Of a stretch of 64,000 bases of DNA, positions 39,209 through 49,997 are shown in pieces. The position numbers were made by a program, and so were the translations under genes. Below the pieces are notes generated by a model. The model made no database searches. It saw only the letters and a program-made list of their open reading frames with translations, and had not been told where the DNA came from. The stretch is from Marsupella aquatica (Eukaryota > Plantae > Marchantiophyta). Each line of letters opens with the position of its first letter. The stretch's first letter is position 1. Location: positions 930,001-994,000 of the forward strand of contig OZ316896.1 of NCBI GenBank assembly GCA_973895155.1. The letters are read 5' to 3'.

Positions 39209-42200
39209 TTCTCCCCCAGTAAACCTGAGCAGCCTCCGGTCTGCTCCAACCCATCAGATTTCCTCTAAGTCTGAGTCTGAACTCGAGCCATGCGCCTGGA
39301 CCACCTCCTCCTCAAGAAACTCAAACCCAAAGCCTTCAAACTCAGCCTTAGGCACTCCATTTTCTAGAAACTTGAAGTCCAACTCATCCGAATCAGAACC
39401 CGTCAAGCCACTTTCGAAACTCAAGTCCATCGGATGCGCCTGGACCAGCGCCTCTTCAAATTCACTCAAGTTAGAACTTGAGTCCATTCCCTTCTCGGTC
39501 CTCCTCTTGAAGATCTTCACCCTTTCCCTGCGTAAGGTACTTGGTGAACCATTCCATCCAACTCCCGAATAGTGTAGGTCGCATTTGCATGAACAACAAC
39601 CATCACATACGGACCTTGCCACCTCCAAGAAAACTTGTTTTGGCTCAAGTGTTGCTCGTCCAACTTACTTTCATAAACCAAAACCCAATCCCCTTAACCA
39701 AGACAGGCCTCAACCGATGAGTCCTGTCGAACCTGCCCTTGTTCCTTAAGCTCACCATCTTCAATTGCTTCCGAGCCACCTCAATCTTCATAGGTAACAA
39801 GTTGAAGTGTTCGATCCTTCGAGCCAGCAACTCCTCTTTCAAAACTTCATCTTTCCAGCCAATCAGTCACGAGCTGCAAACATCTTCCTCAAGTGGCATC
39901 ATCGGCAAGTGTCCAATAAGTAGCTCAACCGGAACGTATCCGGTCACTAAGCTACAAGTCATCCGATCCGCTAACAGAGCAAGTGGAAGGAGACTCGACC
40001 ACCTGTCCAAGTCCCCATCACAAGCCTTAGCCAAAGAGCTCACAATCTGGATGTGCCCCCTTTCAGATTTCCCATTGCCTTCCGGATTGTAACTCGAAGT
40101 CAACTTCAGTTTGATGCGGTCGAAAAACTCTTGCGCTTCCTTGGAGTTGAGCTCCCCCCTATCAGCTCTGATCCTTGTAAAGCATCCATGCCTTGCAATG
40201 ATATCCTCAAGTATGAACTGGCAAACGGCAGCAGTAGTGTTCAAAACCAAAGCTCTCCCTTCCACATAAGAAGACAAGTCTTCTCTCGCCAAAACCAAGT
40301 ATCTCACCCCATTGCTCTCTCTCGGCATGTACACCACATCAACAGCCCATTGAAAGTGTAGAGCCACGGGGTAAGTCGGAACCAATCCATCCCTATGTCG
40401 GATCCTCGAGTAAAACTGGCAAATCTCGCAACTCTCGACATAGTCTCGAACGGCCAAGTATAAACCTGGCCACCAGTACAGCTTCCGAACCCTCTTGTAA
40501 GTCGAATGCACCCCTTTGTGCCCAACCATGCATGTCAGCATCATGGCACTCTTTGAGAATTCGGTCTTTCTCATCCTTAGTATCCACAACCCTCTGCAAT
40601 AACTGACTTGGGTCCTTATGCCTTCGCCACAAGTAGCCCTCCCTCAATAGGAACTTGTAAGATCTCTTCCGGATCTTGACGAACTCCTGATAACTCCACT
40701 CTAGTTGCTTCTCCAAAGTGCTAATGTAACACCCGATATCCAGCAACTCTCCCGAGTAGAGTTCTTCCTTGAACTCTAGACTTCCAACACTTTCGGTTCC
40801 GGTCACCTCGCCAACTCTCGTTGCTACCTCATTTCCAAATCTCGCCCTTGACAACATGTCGGCAACCGGATTATCCTTTTCCGCAATGTGACTTAGCTCA
40901 GGGTTGAACATCCGCATGAAAGCAATCCACCTGAGCATCGCTATGTCAGGCGTGTCACAATTTGCAATCATCCCCAGTAGCGATTGGCAATCAGTCTCAA
41001 CCACCATCGACACCCCAATCAAATAGTTCCTCTCCTGATGGAGTGCCACTTTGGCACCCCAAAGCTCCCTCTTAACTTGGGCATATCTCCTTTGCCTTTC
41101 CTCATTCTCATCATCTTGCCCAACAGCCCACCCGGCTGCGAACGGACTTGCATCAACAGTCATGATCAGTGGTCGCCCGCTCTTATAGTCCGCAGCTCGG
41201 AGAACTGGCAGGCTCATGAGAGCGCTCTTAAGCTTAGCCATTGCTTCACTATCCTCAACAGCTCATAGAGCGGGTCCGCCACGTGCGAGAAGTGAGAGAT
41301 CCAGATCTTGTAAAAGACACAAGCACCCAGAAACCTCCAAACTTTCGGCACCGATTCGCAATCCTTCATCTCACTAATAGCTCTCACCTTGTCCATGTTC
41401 AGCTTCCTTCCATAAGATCCGCACATTTGCCCAACGACTTTCACCTCTTTCATCCCGAATTCAGACTTCTCCCCCGAAAGAGTGACTCCCACATCAATCA
41501 GCTTCTCAAGAATCGCCTTAACATCAGTAATGTGATCCCACACAAACTGCCGGATCCCATCACTCCTCAAGGGCTCATCCTTCCCTTCAGCCAAGCACCC
41601 CTTTATCGGGACATCATCAATGAACGGTCTCATTTTTTCCGGAATGAACGGCTCCAAGATTTTACTCATCGCATTTTGCATGTGCGCTACTGAGTTCATC
41701 GCCCCTTGAGAAAGAGTGCACATCCTCAAGAGCCCAACGGGGTCTTCATAGTCGTAATGTCTCGGCTCTCTTGCGCCAATTGGAACTGGTCGTAACCCAA
41801 AAACAAATCACCCATGGAGTAGATCGCCCTCCCAGCGAACTCCTCCACAAACTCATCCACGAGTGGCCCAACACCCACATTCCTGATGGTCACCTTGTTC
41901 GGAGGTTGCATATCTTGAATGAACCTCAAGCTTCCATTTTTTTTCTTACTGTAAACCATCTGTTCGAGTAGGGAGCATCAGACTTCTTGAGAATCCTAGC
42001 ACTCAGCTTCTCCTTAAGTAGTTCCGCAAGCTTCGGAGCCAAAGCCCACGGAACCAAAATTGGTTTCAGATCCCACAAAACATGAGGGACAGTAAAGATG
42101 ACCATCGGTGTCACCTTACTTGGATCCCCACAACCAATCTCTTCAATCAAAAATGAGAATGCCTTCGCTCCATTATCATTTTTTGAAATGCCACTTGCTC

Positions 42201-44267
42201 CACCTCCGTAAGTAACCCATCCAAACCAATCTTAAGCTTCGCAAACTCTCTTGAGTAAACTTATGCCCTATCCGATCAGTTGGCCTCAGCCTTGGTTCCA
42301 ATCTCGCTCAATCCATAATCTCCATCGCATCGTCCGGCAAAGGTATTGCCACGGGCCTCACCTTCTTGTCAACTGTCTTGTATTTGGTACTCGAGTATAC
42401 AAGCACCACCATAGACGAGTACTATCTTTCCAATTCCTTCTCCAGCTTGTCCCTTCCCAAGTTAGACTTCGCACATTCGAGTGGCTCATCCTCTTCATTA
42501 TCCATCGTGTTTTCCCCTTCATAAGGAGCTAAGGAACGAGCACTTCGCCGATCCACTCTTTTCAGCAAAGTGCCAAGTTGTTTTCCGGACCTGGACCAGA
42601 GTCGGCACTCTCAGTCCTCAACCCTTTCCTATTCCTCTCATTTCCAGGTAAAACAGCCAGAAATTGAACCACCTCTTTCCCATCTTTGCTCCGAACCTTC
42701 ACCATGAAGGTAGTATCATCCAGAACCTTTGTCTTCATCCTCCATTCAGTGATGAACGGCATGCCCAGTATCACCAAAAATGACAAGTGCTCATGAACAA
42801 AAATATTACAAGCCTGCTTGACATTTCCAAACTTCACCATCACATTCGGACATCCGCCCCAAAGATAGTCCTTCATCGAACTCACCGAGTTCACACTCCA
42901 AAGCAACTCATTATCCACCGGCCAATTCTCCTTTTGAAACACCTTTGGATCCATCAAGTTGATCTCCGAGCCAGTATCAATGAGCGCCCGCACCTTGCCT
43001 TCCATTCCTTCCTATTGGCACTCGCTCTCCGGACTTGCTCGAGCCCAGTATCCATCTTGGTAAGCATAACCATTTCCTTTCATTGAGCCCATGACATGAA
43101 TGGTTCTCGATTGCGCGGTAATGCCTTCTCGCTCTTTCCCTTCAGTCGGGTCCCTGTTTGCCACAAACTCAGCTTCACTTCCGGTTCCCATAAGCCCCTC
43201 TTTCGCATCGAAGAACTCATCGTCCAAGTCCATTAGCTCCTCTTTCGCATCGAAGAACTCATCGTCCATCAGCTCCCCTCCAAGGGACTTGATCCTCTTC
43301 AGTTTCCCCAAGTTTGACTCTTCGGGGCCAGCAAACTTGCTTCCTGAACCCATGGACACCCCAGCAGTGTAAGTTTGGAAACTCCTTATTTCCGTCTTGC
43401 CAGCCTCCCCCATCAACGTGTGAGGGCCCTCTTTGTAAATCCGTTTCCTCTTGGATCTCTCCAAGATCGCCTCCTGGATCTCCCGCCTCATACTGCCAAA
43501 GAACTCGGCATTGGTAAACCCTTGAGCCTGTTGGCTCCAGAACTTCTCAGCTACAACCTTCGGGTACATGGCCTGGTCAACATCCCTGGAAGCACCCAAT
43601 CCGGGTCCTTCCTGATCGGTTTCCCTTTCTTTGGCTCTTTCTTGCTCATTTCCTCTTCTTCGAACCTAACCCTTCTTTCCTTGTCTTGAGTATCTCGTCT
43701 CTCTCGTTCCCCTGATTGAGACGGAGTGTCATCCTCATCGGTTTTCTTCCTTTTTGACTTGACCGAGGCATCCCAACTAGCCCCAACCTCAACCGTTATC
43801 GCATTGATCAGCACCGGGTCACTCCATCCGAATCTCTCTCGCACCAGATCCGCCAAGCGCTTGTAAAACTTGTCCATTTCCGTCACAGGGCCATCCAACT
43901 CCACATTGTAAACATTCGCTTCCAAGTGCAAAGAGGACGCCTCTTCGACTCGCTTCCCAGCTCGTTTCTCAGCCAAAGCCTTCATGCCTCCCTTGTTGGA
44001 GTTGAATGGAATCGGCTCCTCAATATTGGCAAATGATATCTTTTTTTGACCAACTTCACCAATGAACTTGATCAGCCCTTTATCCGCAGCTTCCCTCAGG
44101 TCTAGGCACTCCCGTTTGTCATGCTCTTTGCTGTCGCACCACATGCATGGCCAACTCTGCAACTCTCGCTTCTGTTCGGGAGAACTCGCAACCCTTGGTT
44201 TTGGATTCTTGACTGCATGTGCCGCCAAGATCTTCAGGTTCTCCATCATTTCCGTGAGATCATCCAT
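38418..44267 (-). mobile_element. Decayed Ty3/gypsy LTR retrotransposon, copy A (5'-truncated)
   Basis: Frameshifted pieces in gypsy order: zinc knuckle CMWCDSKEHDKREC, protease LIDTGSEINL, RT (LRFIQDMQPPNK, GDLFLGYDQ, PFIDD), RNase H (VDASP, VETD, VADMLSR) and integrase (GHKG..CEIC, VDVV, ADRG, YNPEGNGKSERGH), then PPT and LTR. Confidence 0.9.
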
Positions 44268-44396
44268 CAGGGATTTCCTTTGGGGTGGTTGTCCTGATGT
44301 TATTGTGAAGTTTGAGAATGTGACCCAACCTTGTAATATTTTTTTTCATGAGCTGTTATCATTCCCAGTCATTTTGGGTATGCCATTCATAATTGC

Positions 44397-45704
44397 TGTG
44401 GTATGGGTGTCCCTGCAATTTTTTCTGGAAACTTGTTTATTTTTAGCATATCACAAGATTTACTTACACTTTAGACACCTTCCGGCCAACATTTACTTGT
44501 TCTGGACACTTATAGAAATATTTGACATCTCCGGCTTTCCTGACGATTCCTAGTGTACTTTGCCCGACCGCCACCAAGACTCTATGAGGATTTCAACCGA
44601 CGCTGTGGAAAGCGTCAGCTTCAACACACGACGCTGTGAGCAGCGTCCACCCTAGTATTGACGCTGTGAGCAGTGTGAGCAGCGTCCGTTGGTTTTACTT
44701 AAGACGCTTCTAGCAGCGTCCAGATTCTCCCGACGCTTCTAGCAGCGTCCGCTCAACACTTAGTTTTTGAAGTAGATTACTAGTAAAGTAGTATTCTACC
44801 ACCCTTGTTGAAGTACTTATGCTGTGCTTCTCCCTTGTTTAGTTTTAAGCTTGGAAAGGCACGACTGTTCTTACCTCCTCCATTTTAGGATTCCAGCACT
44901 TATAAGACAGAGTAGAATGCTCATTTGAAGTAGAGAGAAATAGAGTTAATACTGTATTCAGAATTGAGTCTTCTGAATAGTTTTCTCCTCCTTCCATTGT
45001 AACAAGGCATGCTGTGAGTGTTTTGTATGGAAGTAAAGCTATATTGATTGAAGTTAAGATTGAATTCAAGAGATTCCTGTGGTGATTGAATTCAGTTGCA
45101 GATTTCTGAAACTCGTATTGAATTCACTGCTAGGCTTGCTTGCAGAGTCGGGATTCGCTAGCCAATTCAAGAATAGTTAATGATAAATGAGAAGTAAATT
45201 CTGATTCTCAGAGTAGTTAGTACTGTTGCTTTGATTCTGGAATATGGTTTAGAGTTTGACTGAATTGCGTATCGCTGATGTCAAACCATGTTGACGGCAT
45301 TTTAAATCATATCATTCATTTGCAATCAGAAAGCTTCTGCTTCATCAGATTGAGAATTCCATTATCATTAACCTTTGTGTTTTGAAGAGTGAGATGGATG
45401 AATTATGAGATAGATTTCATGTCTATACTGAGCCCAAATCCTTTCTGAAGGAGTGGCAGTAGCAGCTTGTAGTCTCTAAATCCTTACTCATTTCTTCTCT
45501 AATTCATAAATCAGAAGTTCAGTTACTTTGTTGTTTGTTTATTCGATTTTTTTATTGAGAAGTGAAGTCAACATAGAGCTCAAGACTCTAAATCACTCGG
45601 AGTGATAAAAGTTATACAATTCATTCTGAAATCTGTTCTTAAAGGGATCGAAACCCTGGTTTTAGGTGAGGAGAGTCACTTTTGATACTTAGCACTATAC
45701 GACA
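44397..45704 (+). repeat. 5' LTR (1308 bp)
   Basis: TGTGGTATGG...CTATACGACA; the only difference from the 3' LTR that I noticed is G45225 vs A57301. Confidence 0.96.
44599..44749. promoter_or_regulatory. Array of five GACGCT-N6-AGCGTC palindromes in the LTR (mirrored at 56675-56825)
   Basis: Copies at 44599, 44630, 44660 (with a 9-bp internal duplication), 44703 and 44732. Function is inferred. Confidence 0.6.
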
Positions 45705-45710
45705 TCTTTT

Positions 45711-45728
45711 TGGCGCCGCTGCCGGGGA
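45711..45728 (+). promoter_or_regulatory. Primer binding site, tRNA-Asp type
   Basis: TGGCGCCGCTGCCGGGGA is one mismatch from the Athila-type TGGCGCCGTTGCCGGGGA; it lies 6 nt after the LTR. Confidence 0.85.
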
Positions 45729-46922
45729 ACGAATTTAAGATTGAATTGACGTACAGGCAGTGTATGCCAGAAGGAGCTAGACGGGAGAGGAATTCACGTT
45801 CTACTATAATTGTGAAGATGCGTCATCACTCCAGTTAAAAAGATGAAGAGCTTCCATTTCGAGGTGATGCCGTACTCTATCCAAAGCGCCCCGGAAGCTC
45901 TCTTAAGAGTATTGGAAAAATTTGTGGTGCCAAACTTAAGAGAAGAAACCGCCCTCCCACCAGAAAAGGCCTCACAGAGAGGAGCTGTTGCTCGTCAAGT
46001 TGCTTTGGAGATAGTCGAAGACACCAAAGACACTTTGAGTGACAAGTGAAGTTATTCTAACGTTGCTCGGGACGTATGATTTGTAAAATTGTCCAACCAT
46101 CCTGGTTCGTGTGACCGATGCCACCTATCCGATCTTTGGGAACATTAAGAATTAGGAATTTGAGGAATCGTTATGTTAATTCTTGGGTTCTGAGCCTGAG
46201 AGGGAGGAATGGCATACATTGGTTAACTATCACCTGGTGGGAAGATGAAAGTTTGCATTTAGTAATATTAAGGCTGAATGGTAGGATCACACAGGAGTGA
46301 TATTTAGTCATTTCCATTCGGGAGTTAGCGGAAAGAATCATGCACCAGGAATTGCGTAGAAGATTAGGAAGGAGTTAGACGTCTGATTAGTAGGATGGCC
46401 TAGTGTAGCGTACCATGTGGTAAAGAAATTTCAGGGTGAAGGAAGTCGGAGATTATGGGGAACGCCCGGTTCCAGTAATCGCCACCGTAAAGGAGATAAG
46501 GAAGGACGCCGCGAAGAGCGTCCAATGCGATTCGTCCCAGAAGATTCCGCAAGTCAGGACGCTTCGAGTAGCGTCCGATCCCAGTGGACGCTGTGAGCAG
46601 CGTCCGGTGGAATCTGTGACGAACCAACGTGCGCGACGCTTCTGGTGTGCCTTTCCGCGTCTCAACCTGAAGGACGCACCAGAGAAAACGAGGTTTTAGA
46701 ATCTCGGCTGGTCACTGAAGGGAAGTATTAGCTACGGGATAGCAAGGGGGAGGAATCATGCAAGGGATGTTGAACGACGCTACGGGAAGTCACTTTGAGG
46801 AAGCAGGTTCATATCTCCCGGAGTGGGGTGATAACGTCGCACCTAAATGGTGACTCCTTGCATAAAGACTCCTGAGGAGCGGGTCTGGTGTCTCAAAATC
46901 ACCCGTGCTTGGAGAATGAGGG

Positions 46923-49900
46923 ATGTATGAGGGAGATCCACCGAATAAAAGAAAACCTACCAAGACCTCCAGTAATTCGGATGCTGCAAAATTAGTAGTG
47001 ACCCCTCGCACATTGTTACCCGAATTCCAGTCACCAGGAGCACCTGCACCGGGTAGTGTGTGGAAACAAGTGGGATCTATTCAAGAGGCAAGTGGCTCTT
47101 TGGAAAGGCCCACGTCGACCCGACCCCTGTTTGTAAATCTTCGTTCAGGTCCAAAACTTATTGGTTCTCAAAAGACCAAGCTCCGCCAGCAGACAGTACG
47201 TTCGGTGAACCAAATTGACTCTGGTGTGGATAGTACCACTGAGAGGGCCTTATCTCATACCGAAGGAAGAAATTTGGGTTTGCCCGAGAATACAGTTGCA
47301 GAATCGCTGGCCCAAGATAATTCTGTCGATCTTTCACAATTGGATAATCCAGAACCACTGAGTGAAGCCGGTGGTTCGTCTTCTAGTGAGACAAGCAGCA
47401 GTTCAGGCTTGGGCAGCCCAAACCCATTTGCTACCCGATCAGCTCTTCCTTTCGTTACCCTCCTAGCTCCAACCACGATGGCTCGAAATAATGTGAGGTA
47501 CGACCGGTTCTTCGGTACTTCCAAGGAGGATGCAGAGGTGTATTTGAAAGAATTTGAAGCTGCAGCTGCATCCAATGGACAGAGTCAAGACGCTGAAAAA
47601 GCCAATCTGTTTGGTGGTCTAATGAAAAAGGGTGCTCAGAAATGGTATGACCGTTTTCCGGACAAGCAGGATTGGGGGAAATTGAAGGCTGCTTTCTTGG
47701 CCAAATATAAAGAAGAAGGAGCAGCTGCGCGTGCCTTTGCCCGAATCTCACATCTGCACATGAAGAAACATGGGTCTGTGAGGAAATATGCCGACAAATT
47801 ATTGGATTTGGTAGATCAATATAATCCAGCTACCTCGAAATCTACTATCAAGGACTGGTTTATTAACGGTTTACCCTCCAGGATTGCTCGTTACGTGAGA
47901 CGAGAAGGTGGCACCACTTTGGAAGAAGTACAAGAGGCAGCCCAGAAGTACGTAGACTCGGAGATTTCAGAGAGAAAACGAGTTAAGAAGGACCTGAAGA
48001 AAGACAAAAGAAAGAAGAAGAAAACGTCCAGGTCTAAATCTGACTCGGAGACGGAATCAAGTGAAAGTAGCACTAGTGAGGAGGACGAGAGTACAAATTC
48101 GAGCACTAGTGATAGTTCAAGCTCAAGTTCCGACTCAGAATCCGTTGCTCCTAAAAAGAAGAAATCCTCTGTAAAAGGGAATAATAAAGTTCCCAACCAG
48201 AAGAAGATGGATCGCATGATGGAAGAACTCTCTGGCCAATTGTCCAAGTTGAATGTCAATATCGCCGCGGTAAAACCAGTACGAAGGTTGCCTGCTCCCA
48301 TGAGAATGAACGTATGGTGCACCCGATGCAGTCAGCAGGGCCATTACCCGAACGAGTGCCCCACATTACGAACCCCGGTGAATTATGTAGATGGTCAAGA
48401 AGAGGCTGAGGAGTATGAGTACGATCCCACGTATACCGTCCAAACAGCACCCCCTGGACAATATTTCCCACCACCTCCTGCTTCCAGACCGACTTGGGGA
48501 CCACCTAAGCCCACTTTCAATAAACCAACGTCAAGACCACCCATGGGACCCCCGGGAGGATACCCACCACGAGGAATGCCGCGTCAAAAAGGGGCTTGTT
48601 GGAATTGTGGCCAACCTGATCATTATTCACCCCAGTGCCCTTATCCCAAACAGGAGGTGGGGTATACACCTGTCTGTGGGAACTGTGGAAAAGAAGGACA
48701 CTTACCGGTGGAATGCCCGAATCCGGCTAAGCCTAGGCTGATGGTTCGATTTGCTCAAGAGCCAGTTAAAGAAGCAAGTCGACCTGAAGCCAAGATTCGG
48801 ATGGTTTATTCTGAAGAGATGGAGCAATGCAGCTTCATTCAACATATGGATGTAAATCGGGTGGAATTAAAGCCAGATTCACTTTTTCATCAACCAGTAT
48901 CCGGGGTGGTGCCTGATGTCTTGGTAAGTCATTTAGTGAAACCTGAAGTAGTTGGTATGCCGAATGATCGAGTTCAGAATCGGGATAAAGTTCTGACTAA
49001 TATTTACGCAACTACTCGTTCGAAGAAAAAGGAGACCAAGAAGCACGAGCATCAGCAGGTCGCGAAAGCTCCCAAGGATGAAGGGCGCAAGCCATGTAAG
49101 GAAGGCCTCGACAAAGAAGACGACCCTGCTTATGACCGATATGACCCAAAATACTTCTTGCCCGACATCTCTTTGGAAGTGAAAGACCATCTGGAAGAGC
49201 TAGTTAAGGAGCAAGTGCAATCTCCTAACCCACCAGTAGTAGTCAAAGCTAAAGAGCCACTGAAAAATCCAGGTTATGATATTGTTGAAGATGTCAAGAA
49301 TCATCCTGCACATATCACCATTGGGGAATTATTACAGGACAATCCGGTTTATAGGCGACAGCTGAGGAGCCTCCTTGCAGGAAAACGGAGGAAGAAGAAG
49401 TTACCTTCTGTGGATGTGCTACGAACAGAGTGGGAGGACAAAGGACCGATGGAAATTGAGGTTCAAATCCAGGGGTGTGTCATTCGGAGAGTTCCTGTGG
49501 ATGGAGGAGCCAGCGTTAATCTGATTACACAGTCAGCAGCATTTAATTTGGGTTTCACTAAGTTTGAGCCCACTCCCAAGATTTTGCGCATGGCGGATCA
49601 GTCTCGTGTGGTACCCATAGGGAAGCTGACCAAAGTAGAAACTTTGATTGCTGGTGTCCCTTTTCTGTTGGATTATGTGGTTATTAATCCGGAAATACCA
49701 TCCAGCTTTCCTGTTTTGTTAGGCCGACCATGGTTGTATAAGGCTCAAGTTCAGGTTAATTGGCAATCTCAAGAGCTTTCATTTGGGAAGCCTAAGGTGA
49801 CTGTTAGTTGGGTTCCGGAACCACATTTTGGAGAAACACAAACAGATGATGGGTACACCTCGGATTTTTCGACCTCTTCGCTAGTCCTGCAGCCATTGGA

Positions 49901-49976
49901 ATTTGAACTGGAGGAAGTTCGTTACTTGGAAGTTTATCTGTCTGATGCTCCCATAAAACCAACTAGGCCCTCCTGA
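46923..49976 (+). CDS. gag: Gag (three CCHC zinc knuckles) plus aspartic protease
   Basis: Capsid-like region (WFINGLP); knuckles CTRCSQQGHYPNEC, CWNCGQPDHYSPQC and CGNCGKEGHLPVEC; protease VPVDGGASVNL..LLGRPWL. The true start may be downstream (MARNN at 47478). Confidence 0.9.
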   Translation: MYEGDPPNKRKPTKTSSNSDAAKLVVTPRTLLPEFQSPGAPAPGSVWKQVGSIQEASGSLERPTSTRPLFVNLRSGPKLIGSQKTKLRQQTVRSVNQIDSGVDSTTERALSHTEGRNLGLPENTVAESLAQDNSVDLSQLDNPEPLSEAGGSSSSETSSSSGLGSPNPFATRSALPFVTLLAPTTMARNNVRYDRFFGTSKEDAEVYLKEFEAAAASNGQSQDAEKANLFGGLMKKGAQKWYDRFPDKQDWGKLKAAFLAKYKEEGAAARAFARISHLHMKKHGSVRKYADKLLDLVDQYNPATSKSTIKDWFINGLPSRIARYVRREGGTTLEEVQEAAQKYVDSEISERKRVKKDLKKDKRKKKKTSRSKSDSETESSESSTSEEDESTNSSTSDSSSSSSDSESVAPKKKKSSVKGNNKVPNQKKMDRMMEELSGQLSKLNVNIAAVKPVRRLPAPMRMNVWCTRCSQQGHYPNECPTLRTPVNYVDGQEEAEEYEYDPTYTVQTAPPGQYFPPPPASRPTWGPPKPTFNKPTSRPPMGPPGGYPPRGMPRQKGACWNCGQPDHYSPQCPYPKQEVGYTPVCGNCGKEGHLPVECPNPAKPRLMVRFAQEPVKEASRPEAKIRMVYSEEMEQCSFIQHMDVNRVELKPDSLFHQPVSGVVPDVLVSHLVKPEVVGMPNDRVQNRDKVLTNIYATTRSKKKETKKHEHQQVAKAPKDEGRKPCKEGLDKEDDPAYDRYDPKYFLPDISLEVKDHLEELVKEQVQSPNPPVVVKAKEPLKNPGYDIVEDVKNHPAHITIGELLQDNPVYRRQLRSLLAGKRRKKKLPSVDVLRTEWEDKGPMEIEVQIQGCVIRRVPVDGGASVNLITQSAAFNLGFTKFEPTPKILRMADQSRVVPIGKLTKVETLIAGVPFLLDYVVINPEIPSSFPVLLGRPWLYKAQVQVNWQSQELSFGKPKVTVSWVPEPHFGETQTDDGYTSDFSTSSLVLQPLEFELEEVRYLEVYLSDAPIKPTRPS

Positions 49977-49997
49977 CAATTAACTTCATCATCGGAA

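Noticed and set aside
44599-44749. Palindrome array as a CRISPR-like array
   Set aside because: Spacers are only about 11-16 nt, the repeat cores vary, it lies inside a eukaryotic LTR, and there are no cas genes.
44845-45069. 74-aa minus ORF duplicated at 56921-57145
   Set aside because: Identical only because it lies in both LTRs; no coding evidence.
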